Positions 20,867 through 29,673 of a DNA stretch of 64,000 nt are shown here, one piece after another. Location: NCBI GenBank assembly GCA_963718615.1, contig OY970368.1, forward strand, positions 2,912,001 through 2,976,000, given 5' to 3'. The notes under the pieces are model-generated. The model did no database searches. It was not told where the DNA came from and worked only from the letters and a program-made list of their open reading frames with translations. Numbering within the stretch: the first letter of the stretch is position 1; each line of letters opens with the position of its first letter. The DNA is from an uncultured cyanobacterium (GTDB lineage: Bacteria > Cyanobacteriota > Cyanobacteriia > PCC-9006 > JAAUQQ01). A program made the translations under genes and the position numbers.

Positions 20867-23800
20867 ATGATACGCGATCGCACCTCCATACACATGACCC
20901 AAAAGGTATTAAAAAGCCTTCTCTCTGGACTGCTAGCCGGAACAGAAATTTGTCTGGGAGCGCCAGTAACTGCACAAAACATCACATTAGATGGATCTTT
21001 AGGACCTGTTAGAGACTTAGGAAATGGTCCGGTCTATGAAATTCAGCAAGCGGATGGAACGACGGTTGGGGAAAATTTGTTTCATAGTTTTGGTCAATTC
21101 AATTTAAGTGTTGGTGAGAAAGCCTCGTTCCAAAGCACGCCGACCATTCAAAACATACTGACTAGAGTAACAGGTGGTTCGACTTCATCGATTGATGGAT
21201 TGATATTTACTGAAAGTCCAGCCGTCAATTTCTTTTTGATTAATCCATCAGGAATTATATTTGGACCAAATGCTCAACTTGACATTGGTGGAACAACAAG
21301 AGGGGATTTCACCGCGACAACCTTAGATGCGCTTGTATGGTCAGACGACAATCGATTTGATGCGGTGAATCCAGATGGAGCAGAGGCATTGTTGAAAATT
21401 GTGGGGGATCCGAGTGGCTTCCTAGGCTCTCAGCGGCGGATGGCAGAAATTGCTTTAGAAGGAAGTTTTTTACAAGTTTATAAGAATCAAGATTTGCGTT
21501 TCTTAGGGGGAGGAATTAACGTAGATGGAGCACTTCTGATTGCACCGTCTGGGAGAGTAGGACTCGGCTCTACAAACAACTTGGGAACAGTCTCAATCAA
21601 TCAGAACGGAAGTTTTCAATTCACGGATCAATTTGAGCGTGGAGATGTGCAGTTTAACAATGGTGCTCTAGTAGATGTAACGAGTGAAGACAAAGGGGAT
21701 ATCCAAGTCATTGGCAAGGATATCAACGTGTTAGAGGGAAGTATATTAAGGGCAGGCATCGCCAGAAACTTAGGAACAGATTTCAGTCAAGCTGGAGACA
21801 TAAAAGTAGATGCGACAGGAACAGTGAGCGTTACTGGGAACTTTAGTCAAGTCGTGAATGATGTTAGAACCGGAGCAAGCGGAAAAGGAGGAAATATTGA
21901 GATCATTGCACGAAATTTAATCGTTCAAGGAAATGGTTCACGATTAAGCACGATCTTATTTGGAACGGGAGTTGCTGGGAATGTTCAGATCAAAACTAGA
22001 GATCTTGTACTTCTTCAAGGCAGTACAAATGGACAATTTCCGGTTGGTATTACCAGCAGTGTGGAAACACTAGGAGAAGGTAAGGGAGGAAATGTAATTA
22101 TTGAAACCTCTGAGCTAAAGGTGATTGATACTGCTCAAATAGATGCTAGCACCAACGGTCAAGGGGATGCAGGAAATATTTTCATTAATGCTCGCGATCA
22201 AGTCCTTTTCAAGGATAACAGTACTGCATTTAGTCTGGTTGGAAAAGATGGAGAGGGAAAGGGAGGGGGTATCACAATCAACACAGGAGCACTAGAGGTT
22301 CGTGATGGTTCTCAACTCGTTGCATCAACTCTTGGCGTAGGAAATGCAGGAAATATTTTCATTAATACTATTGATTCAACAGAACCGATGAAAACAGGTC
22401 ATGTCCTGTTCCAGAATGGCGATGCTTTCAGTAATGTTGGGGAAACAGGTTCTGGAAGTGGTGGTAACATCGTAATTAATACCACTGAATTAGAAGTTCG
22501 CAATGGAGCTCAGCTCATTGCTAGCACCGAGGGCATTGGAAACGCAGGGAATATCCTGATTAATGCTCGCGATTTCGTCATTTTTGAAGGACGTACAATT
22601 GATGGACGATTTGGTAGTGATGCATTTAGTAGTGTGGAAAAGACGGGCATAGGAAAAGGTGGAGACATTGTAATCAATACAAACATTCTAGAAGTAAAAA
22701 ATGGGGCTCAACTAACCGCTGAAACGAAAGGACAGGGGAACGCAGGAAATATAAAATTGATAGTGAGAGATCGTGTTCTGTTTGAAGGAAGCAACACAGC
22801 TGCATTGAGCAATGTCAATAGCATAGGAAATGGTAATGGTGGTGATATTATAATTGTCACGGGTACTCTCGAAATTCTTAGGGGGGCTCAACTAATTGCG
22901 ACAACCCAAGGTGAAGGTGATGCAGGGAATATCAGTCTCGCAGTGCGCGACCGTTTACGTATTGAGGGTACAGACCCCATTCAAGGGTTTTCCAGCGGCA
23001 TTCTTACAAGTAATGCTAATCCCAATCCTAGTAAAAGTATAAGGAGCGGTGGAGATATTTCTATTACAACCCCTCAACTCCAGATTACTAATGGAGCTGT
23101 GATTGATTCTCGAACTGTTAATGATGGACCAGGGGGTGATATCACCCTTAATGTGGATGACCTAACTCTTATCGATGGTGGACAACTTCTCAGCACCAGT
23201 GACGGGAGCGGTCCCGCAGGCACTGTCCGCATCAATGCTACCAATGCTCTCCGAATTACAGGCAGCGACCCCATTTACACCGACCGCCGTGCTCAGTTCG
23301 GCAGTGCCGTTGCTTCCATCTCCGCCAACAGCGGCATCTACGTTCGCTCCACCGACACTGGAGCTGCTGGTCAGGTTATCATCGGCGACCCAAACCTTGG
23401 CACATTACCACGACTTCTATTGCTTGACGACGGTGAGATCGTTGCTGACTCTAATGCAGTAACGGGTGGCGATATCAGCCTAAATTTGGCGCAATCTTTG
23501 GTAATGCGCAACAATAGTCTCATCTCCGCTACTGCAGGACGCAGCGAGGGTGGAGGCGACGGGGGCAATATTACGATCAGCGTCCCCTTTGTACTCTCTC
23601 TTCCTGATGAAAATAGCGACATCATCGCAAACGCTTTTAGTGGTACAGGGGGCAACATTACGATCAACGCCGACGCCATCCTGAACTTTAGTCTCAACGA
23701 AGACAAGAAATCCTTCGAGCAATTGCGTCAGCAATCCACTAACGATATCAGTGCCAGCTCCCAATTCGGCAGCAACGGCACCCTCAACCTTGCTGGACTC

Positions 23801-24160
23801 AACGTAGATCCCACCCGAGGCATTAGCCAACTCCCCAGCACCGTCAGCAGCACCCAACCCAGCCAAGGCTGCCAAACCGCTAGCACCGGCCAAGCCACCT
23901 CAGCCGAATTCTTCACCACCGGACGCGGTGGCCTTCCCCCCAGTCCCAGCGATGCCCTCAGCAGCAACACCATTCTCGACGACCTACGTGTGCCATCCGA
24001 GTTCGCGGTGACAGAAGTAATTCCGACCGCTGCCTCCACTTCACGCCCCATTACCGAAGCCACCCACTGGGAAATCAACGCCCAAGGCAAAGTTATGCTT
24101 GCGGCTCAAACGGCTGCTCCAGCAAAAGTTAATCACTGCAAGTTGCTCAGTCAAGATTGA
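20867..24160 (+). CDS. filamentous haemagglutinin N-terminal (TPS) domain exoprotein
   Basis: Signal peptide ..VTA-Q, NLFHSFGQFN, RVTGG..SSIDG, INPSGIIFG (TPS domain), GxGGNIxI beta-helix repeats, C-terminal TGRGGLP..EA..W..GKV; alternative start 20894. Confidence 0.9.
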   Translation: MIRDRTSIHMTQKVLKSLLSGLLAGTEICLGAPVTAQNITLDGSLGPVRDLGNGPVYEIQQADGTTVGENLFHSFGQFNLSVGEKASFQSTPTIQNILTRVTGGSTSSIDGLIFTESPAVNFFLINPSGIIFGPNAQLDIGGTTRGDFTATTLDALVWSDDNRFDAVNPDGAEALLKIVGDPSGFLGSQRRMAEIALEGSFLQVYKNQDLRFLGGGINVDGALLIAPSGRVGLGSTNNLGTVSINQNGSFQFTDQFERGDVQFNNGALVDVTSEDKGDIQVIGKDINVLEGSILRAGIARNLGTDFSQAGDIKVDATGTVSVTGNFSQVVNDVRTGASGKGGNIEIIARNLIVQGNGSRLSTILFGTGVAGNVQIKTRDLVLLQGSTNGQFPVGITSSVETLGEGKGGNVIIETSELKVIDTAQIDASTNGQGDAGNIFINARDQVLFKDNSTAFSLVGKDGEGKGGGITINTGALEVRDGSQLVASTLGVGNAGNIFINTIDSTEPMKTGHVLFQNGDAFSNVGETGSGSGGNIVINTTELEVRNGAQLIASTEGIGNAGNILINARDFVIFEGRTIDGRFGSDAFSSVEKTGIGKGGDIVINTNILEVKNGAQLTAETKGQGNAGNIKLIVRDRVLFEGSNTAALSNVNSIGNGNGGDIIIVTGTLEILRGAQLIATTQGEGDAGNISLAVRDRLRIEGTDPIQGFSSGILTSNANPNPSKSIRSGGDISITTPQLQITNGAVIDSRTVNDGPGGDITLNVDDLTLIDGGQLLSTSDGSGPAGTVRINATNALRITGSDPIYTDRRAQFGSAVASISANSGIYVRSTDTGAAGQVIIGDPNLGTLPRLLLLDDGEIVADSNAVTGGDISLNLAQSLVMRNNSLISATAGRSEGGGDGGNITISVPFVLSLPDENSDIIANAFSGTGGNITINADAILNFSLNEDKKSFEQLRQQSTNDISASSQFGSNGTLNLAGLNVDPTRGISQLPSTVSSTQPSQGCQTASTGQATSAEFFTTGRGGLPPSPSDALSSNTILDDLRVPSEFAVTEVIPTAASTSRPITEATHWEINAQGKVMLAAQTAAPAKVNHCKLLSQD

Positions 24161-24246
24161 ATCAGAACAAGTGCCTCATTAGTTCTTTCATTACCGCTGA
24201 TCATTACCGTTGATAAAGTCCATTACCACATTATCCAGCAGTCCCT

Positions 24247-25071
24247 ATGGCAACTAATATTGAACAACAGATCCTTGTAGCCGAAGAGCGTCTTCAGAAC
24301 GCGATGCTTACTTCAGACATCAATGCTCTTGACGAGTTGATTGCCGCTGAACTCATCTTCACCAATCACCTAGGACAAGTGCTGAGCAAACAGGATGATC
24401 TCGCTCTGCATCACTCTGGAATCCTGACCTTTCATAGGCTTGAGCCCTCAGAAAGACAGATCAAAATCAATCTACCTATCGCAGTTGTTTCAGTTCGTAT
24501 GCAGGTATCGGGTCTATACAACGAGGTCCCGTTTATGGATAACCTGCGATACACACGCACTTGGTGTTTGTCGCAAAACGGTGCATGGCAGGTGGTTGCT
24601 GGCCATAGCAGTGTCGTGCAGGCCGAACCGCCGATCGCAACAACGATCGATATTGGCCTCACGCACCTTGCGCTTCCGGTTGCTGATGTTGACAAGAGTG
24701 TTCAATTTTATGCGGCCTATGCATCAATGCAGGTCATTCATCGTCGCGTCGATTCAGAAACAGGGGTGGCTGTGGTGTGGCTTTGCGATCGCACCCGCCC
24801 CTTCGTCATTGTTCTGATTCAAGCCAACCCCGTCCATCCGATTTTGTCGCCCCTAGGCCATCTCGGAATTGGGTGCGAGAGTCGGGAACAAATGGATGCA
24901 CTTTGCGCGAGGGCACAGCAAGAAGGTGTTCTGATTCAAGCGCCCAAGGAGTCTGGTTATCCCATCGGCTATTGGGCTTTTTTGCGTGATCCAGATGGTC
25001 ATACGCTAGAGCTCTCCTACGGCCAAGAAATTGGCTTGAACGTCGACAAAACTGCTGGATTGCAATGGTAA
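24247..25071 (+). CDS. NTF2-like (DUF4440) plus VOC/glyoxalase fusion protein
   Basis: N-half ..RYTRTW...WQVVAGHSS (NTF2-like); C-half GLTHLALPV.DVDKS..FY, LGHLG, FLRDPDGHTLELS (VOC). Confidence 0.8.
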   Translation: MATNIEQQILVAEERLQNAMLTSDINALDELIAAELIFTNHLGQVLSKQDDLALHHSGILTFHRLEPSERQIKINLPIAVVSVRMQVSGLYNEVPFMDNLRYTRTWCLSQNGAWQVVAGHSSVVQAEPPIATTIDIGLTHLALPVADVDKSVQFYAAYASMQVIHRRVDSETGVAVVWLCDRTRPFVIVLIQANPVHPILSPLGHLGIGCESREQMDALCARAQQEGVLIQAPKESGYPIGYWAFLRDPDGHTLELSYGQEIGLNVDKTAGLQW

Positions 25072-25095
25072 AATCGTCTACCCAATCGTCAAAAC

Positions 25096-25818
25096 TTAAG
25101 GATTATAAAATGGTGCATTGAACTGCTCGACTAACCCTAGTTGTTCTAATAGTTGATGCCAGCGATCGCGCACTTCCCCATTCTCCGGCTGGTCCTGCAA
25201 CTGCTGGACAATCGCGTCCACCTCATCATACCAAGCCGCCCCTTCCGCTCCGGATTGCATCCGCTCAATTCCCGCATCCACACTAAGTTGAACCGTGGAG
25301 TTTTCGGCAACACACTGCACCGTCAGATACCAACGGTAGGGTATGCCAGGTTGTAGGCTCACCTCAGGAGGTAGGGTCAGACGGATAAACCCTGGGCTCG
25401 GAGGTAGGGCGATCGCCTGTCGATACAACCGCTCTTTTTCATCGATTCCGGCATTCACCACAAATTCGGCTTGCCGCATTTCGGCTTGAGCCCCAGGAAC
25501 ATACACCCAAATCTTCGGCTGAGGGCTGTGAGTCGTCAGCGGATTTTGGGCCGGGACCAATGCCGATAGGACCTGTTCGGAGTTTTTGCAGGATTCACTT
25601 AAGGATCCCCCAGCTCGGGTTTGGTTAGGTCGCTGGCTTCGAGGTTTCGGGATCACGGTTCGCTGGCGGGTGGGCGTAGACTGGCCAATCTTAGATGTTC
25701 TGGATTGCGATGTTCTAGGGTGTACGGTTTGTGCAATAACTGATAGTCCAGGATAAGACCATACACTAGCCATTAAAGCCACAAGCCCTAACTTCTTCAG
25801 CCCTCTCATCCTATTCAT
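25096..25818 (-). CDS. DUF928 domain exported protein
   Basis: Signal peptide, GGSLS..C, LSALVP, P.IWVYVP, YRWYLTVQC, WYD, W..LLEQLGL. Confidence 0.85.
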   Translation of the reverse strand: MNRMRGLKKLGLVALMASVWSYPGLSVIAQTVHPRTSQSRTSKIGQSTPTRQRTVIPKPRSQRPNQTRAGGSLSESCKNSEQVLSALVPAQNPLTTHSPQPKIWVYVPGAQAEMRQAEFVVNAGIDEKERLYRQAIALPPSPGFIRLTLPPEVSLQPGIPYRWYLTVQCVAENSTVQLSVDAGIERMQSGAEGAAWYDEVDAIVQQLQDQPENGEVRDRWHQLLEQLGLVEQFNAPFYNP

Positions 25819-28297
25819 GATTAGCCTCCTGAACCTTTAAATGGGAACGTAAATCTGAACGTAAATTTGAACGCAAGCCAGAGTGCATACCTAGGCCATA
25901 GCCCAGCATCCAGCCCAGGACAGAGGGCACTAGGGGCAACCAGAGGCCCTGGGCGATCGCCCCTAAACTGACGCCATACAACACCATCACACCACCCACA
26001 CCACTCCCCCAGAGTAATGACTGAAACCGGGGTGGATTTTGTTTCGGGTCACGCTGCAAACCCTGGCCCAAACCACTGCCGAGGAAGGTCCAAGCCATAA
26101 TCCACAGCCCATCTCCCCATTGCCAATCATTCCACTGGGGCAAGGTCCAGATCAGCGGACGGCGATCGAGAACTGCGCTCAGCAACTGGCTGAGCTGATG
26201 GGCATGGACCCAAACCCCCGGCATTTCTCCGAGGGGCGTGGACAGAATATCTTGGCCCACGGGGGCTGTGGTGCCGATCAGGACGATGCGATCGCCCACG
26301 GCTCCCGCAGGCAGTTGCCCTGACAAGACTGTTTCCAAACTCACCCCTTGCCCTGGCTGTGCCCCACGATAGTTGATTAAAATTTGACTGCTTAGCCCCT
26401 CAAGCTGTTGATAGGCCCCAAAGCGGCGGGGTAGGCTCGGCAAAACGGTTTGATCCAACACCCAGTTTTCTCGATCATCGAGGCTAATCTTTCGATCTTC
26501 AGCCCCCAAAAACTCGTGGGCTAACCGCAAACTTAGCCCTTGAATCGCTGTACAGTCTGAGAGTTCGCCTAGATTGGGATCAACAGATAGGAGTTGACGA
26601 CGAATCCTATCGGGAGTGAGCCAGGAAAGGGCAGGGAAGTCCTCCTGTAAATCGCTAAACGCAAGTTGTTGGGTTTGTTGGGTGGAATCAAATTCAGGGG
26701 GCGTCGCAAAGTTAGGGTCGCTCCCCCCACTCCAGCAAACGGTGCTCAAACTGGGATGCAGTCGAAACTGTTCCAGTAATTCTGCTCGACCTTCTCCCCG
26801 AGGCTGAGCTCGATGCATGTCTAGGCCAACCGCTCGGGGCTGATCACTGTACAGTTTTTTCAGCAACTGGGCCAAGAGCTTATCTTCTAGAGGATAGCCG
26901 TAACGGAGAGTATCCGCTTGAGTCACTTCGACGACTAAGATGTGAGGATCTGTTGTTTCGGCAGGGCGCTGGCGCAGCAGCAAATCATAGGCAAAGAGTT
27001 CGAAGGGCTGTAGGAAACCTAGAAACCGTAAACCCAAGAGGAGGAGCGTGGCGATCGCTCCTCGTACAAGAGCAGGAGTGAACCGCCAGGGAAAAGCAGT
27101 CCGTACAGAAGTGAGCGCTGACTCTGTCCGTGTTGGCTCTGTCGGTGACAAAATCACGGGTCCTGAACTTGGACGCAATCGGGTCAGTACCTGCCAAGTC
27201 AGCGACATCGCCGCTGGATTTTGATGAATCACCGGTAGCCAAGAGGCACAGAGAAACTGATCTTCCAGGGCCTGAAGCTTTTCCCGTGCTTCCCGCACCG
27301 CCTTGTAAAAGGGCTGCCCTCCGGCAAAGGCCCGTAAAAAATGCTTCAGGAACGCTTGGGCCACCGGATCTGGCACAGGCTCCCGCATGACGATGAGCTG
27401 AGGCAGATTGAGCGTTGCTAAACCACGGGCTAGCCCAAGACCATCACAGGAGTTAAAAATCGCTAATTGCAGACCTCGGGCGATCGCAGCACCGAGGGCA
27501 TAGTCCAACTGCTCAATCGTTAGCGATTCGGTCGAGTTAATGGCAATTTGCCCCGTGGCATCCCCCAGGTGACTTTGACTGTGCCCCGCGAAGAAGAGAA
27601 TATCCCAGCCTGACTCAGCCCAGAGCGCCTCGTGAAGCTGCGATCGCGAGGGTTCCACCAGGAATTGGGTATCCGCCTGGGGCAGTTGGGAGAGGAGGGT
27701 GCGATCGCCTGCCACATCAATGCCGACAGAATTACCCAATATCGCTAAGATTCTCACCGTACCGGCACGAGCAACGGGTTCTGACATACCCACAGGCCGA
27801 TAGTTGAGACTCCCCAGGGCGAACTCAGCCTGGGGATAATCGCGGAAAAACAGCCATAGATGCCAGGGCAACCGCCTTGTGTTTGGACAATCGGTTTCGA
27901 GAATGAGCCGAATCGGATCTTCCGGGTTGAGGTAGAGCCGTAACTGTTGGTCAATCCGCTGGAAACCCGGCATACCCAGCCACTGATTGAGATCCCGACT
28001 TAACTGCTCCGACAACTGTTCAAACCGTTCCCGCGACACCTGATTCAGAGTATTTTCAGTCACAAGCTGAATTCTTAACCGGTCCTGGAGCGCGAGGTAA
28101 TGGGCCTGCCAGTCGCGATAGTTTTGATCAAGCTGGGGAGCCGGAGGCAGCGTGCCGCTAGCCTTCAGTCGTTGGGAGAGATGCTGATCTAAGCTAGTCT
28201 GCATCGTTACCGCCAGAAACCCTTGCTCCAAGTCTCCCCCGGACAAGGTGAGAATGACCTGTTTCTCTTGAAGGGTGGCAGGCATTCGGCTCTCCAT
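25811..28297 (-). CDS. membrane CHAT-CHASE2 protein
   Basis: N-terminal CHAT (LPWHLW, DILFFAGHS, LAIFNSCDGLG, LIVMREPVPD), TM helix, CHASE2 (ELFAYD, VGLDM, RIVLIG, GVWVHA), three C-terminal TMs; ATG overlaps upstream TGA (TGATG). Confidence 0.9.
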   Translation of the reverse strand: MESRMPATLQEKQVILTLSGGDLEQGFLAVTMQTSLDQHLSQRLKASGTLPPAPQLDQNYRDWQAHYLALQDRLRIQLVTENTLNQVSRERFEQLSEQLSRDLNQWLGMPGFQRIDQQLRLYLNPEDPIRLILETDCPNTRRLPWHLWLFFRDYPQAEFALGSLNYRPVGMSEPVARAGTVRILAILGNSVGIDVAGDRTLLSQLPQADTQFLVEPSRSQLHEALWAESGWDILFFAGHSQSHLGDATGQIAINSTESLTIEQLDYALGAAIARGLQLAIFNSCDGLGLARGLATLNLPQLIVMREPVPDPVAQAFLKHFLRAFAGGQPFYKAVREAREKLQALEDQFLCASWLPVIHQNPAAMSLTWQVLTRLRPSSGPVILSPTEPTRTESALTSVRTAFPWRFTPALVRGAIATLLLLGLRFLGFLQPFELFAYDLLLRQRPAETTDPHILVVEVTQADTLRYGYPLEDKLLAQLLKKLYSDQPRAVGLDMHRAQPRGEGRAELLEQFRLHPSLSTVCWSGGSDPNFATPPEFDSTQQTQQLAFSDLQEDFPALSWLTPDRIRRQLLSVDPNLGELSDCTAIQGLSLRLAHEFLGAEDRKISLDDRENWVLDQTVLPSLPRRFGAYQQLEGLSSQILINYRGAQPGQGVSLETVLSGQLPAGAVGDRIVLIGTTAPVGQDILSTPLGEMPGVWVHAHQLSQLLSAVLDRRPLIWTLPQWNDWQWGDGLWIMAWTFLGSGLGQGLQRDPKQNPPRFQSLLWGSGVGGVMVLYGVSLGAIAQGLWLPLVPSVLGWMLGYGLGMHSGLRSNLRSDLRSHLKVQEANHE

Positions 28298-29664
28298 CAC
28301 AAACAAAACTCTTCGATGAAAGTGAGTTGAGTCTCTTGCTCCGGCATCTGAGCAGTTTGACTATCTCCGTCAATGTCCCCGTCAATATCCCCGTCAATAT
28401 CCCCGTGAGCTTCTGGAGACTGCCACTCAACTCGCACTTGAAAGGATTCTCCAGCACTGCCTGTCAGCGGCGTGAGTTGCAGATAGGTATCTGCTGTCCC
28501 ACTTTTGATCGCTTGCAAGTCGATCGCCTGATTCGGATCGTGCAAAATTAGCTGAATTCCCGCAGGAAGATGTTGAGCTTGAAGGGGATGAAGTTGAATC
28601 TGTACCCGCAGAAGAGGAGCATCCTCAAGGATATCCAGAGCAGTTTCGCGAACAACAGAAACTAATAGGACCAAGGTTGTGATATTGTCAGTTTCGCCTA
28701 GAAAAATGCGTTTTGCCCGTTGTAGAGGCACAAGATTGGATGGACGATCGCCCCCACCGCTACGCAACTGAGAAGCGAAGGTTAACTCTGGACCCAATAC
28801 GTCTGCTAGCGATCGCCACCCCGCTTCAAACTGTCCCTCAAACCAACGACTTAACCGCGTCATCTGAGCATCCACTTGGCCAAGCCAACTCTGGCAGCGT
28901 CGCTGATACAATCGATCGCGCCAGTCTCTATCCTGTATCAAAGCCCCCCACTGGGCGAACGGCAGGCTCAAGCGAGGAAACACCAGCGTCGGATCTCCTA
29001 AGCGTTCGAGTAAATTGTCCTGCTGTATGTCCGACAACCTTGGCAAAGCCTCTAGCGCCGTCTGACTGTCTCGAATCCCGCAAAAGCGCAGCGTGGTGCT
29101 CAACGTCGTCATATCCTCCACCAAATTGGGCCGAGCCAGGGAATAGGTTCGCGTTTCCGGGTCATAATCGCCCCATTCCTTCAACTGCCGGTGGCTCCCA
29201 TAGCCCCAAACCCTCAGTCCGTAAGACTCCTCTCCTTCCTCGGTTTCACTGCAGACCTGAACCGCCAGATAATAGTGACCCATCCAATCCGGCAAATCCA
29301 CCCATTCCTGAGGCACAACCAACGTCTCTGAATCAATCTCATCACTAGGAATCACCACCAGGCGCACCCCATCACCTGCGACCCCATCACCCAAAACCTG
29401 CACCACACAACCCCCAACCCCCTCCCAAACCGCAGGCCAATCCGACAGCGGTAAACCGGGCCGAACTGCCCCCATCCCCCCCACCTTGAGCTCCGCCAAC
29501 CCCGGCACCAACCCCACCAAACACAACTGACCTAGATAATCATCCCAGCACCGTCCTGGCTGGCAATGGCGTTGGCTTTGCTGCCAACTGGCCTGGACTA
29601 GGGCGGAATCCAGGGGAATCCACCAATTTCGGACATCAGCCAATAACTCCGCCAACAGCGCCAT
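28297..29664 (-). CDS. DUF1822 family protein (candidate anti-sigma/protease substrate)
   Basis: LVVPQEWVDLPDW..HYYLAVQV, VWGY..H..LK, LSRWFEGQFEAGW..L, C-terminal E.F.L. Confidence 0.85.
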   Translation of the reverse strand: MALLAELLADVRNWWIPLDSALVQASWQQSQRHCQPGRCWDDYLGQLCLVGLVPGLAELKVGGMGAVRPGLPLSDWPAVWEGVGGCVVQVLGDGVAGDGVRLVVIPSDEIDSETLVVPQEWVDLPDWMGHYYLAVQVCSETEEGEESYGLRVWGYGSHRQLKEWGDYDPETRTYSLARPNLVEDMTTLSTTLRFCGIRDSQTALEALPRLSDIQQDNLLERLGDPTLVFPRLSLPFAQWGALIQDRDWRDRLYQRRCQSWLGQVDAQMTRLSRWFEGQFEAGWRSLADVLGPELTFASQLRSGGGDRPSNLVPLQRAKRIFLGETDNITTLVLLVSVVRETALDILEDAPLLRVQIQLHPLQAQHLPAGIQLILHDPNQAIDLQAIKSGTADTYLQLTPLTGSAGESFQVRVEWQSPEAHGDIDGDIDGDIDGDSQTAQMPEQETQLTFIEEFCL

Positions 29665-29673
29665 AAATCCCCC

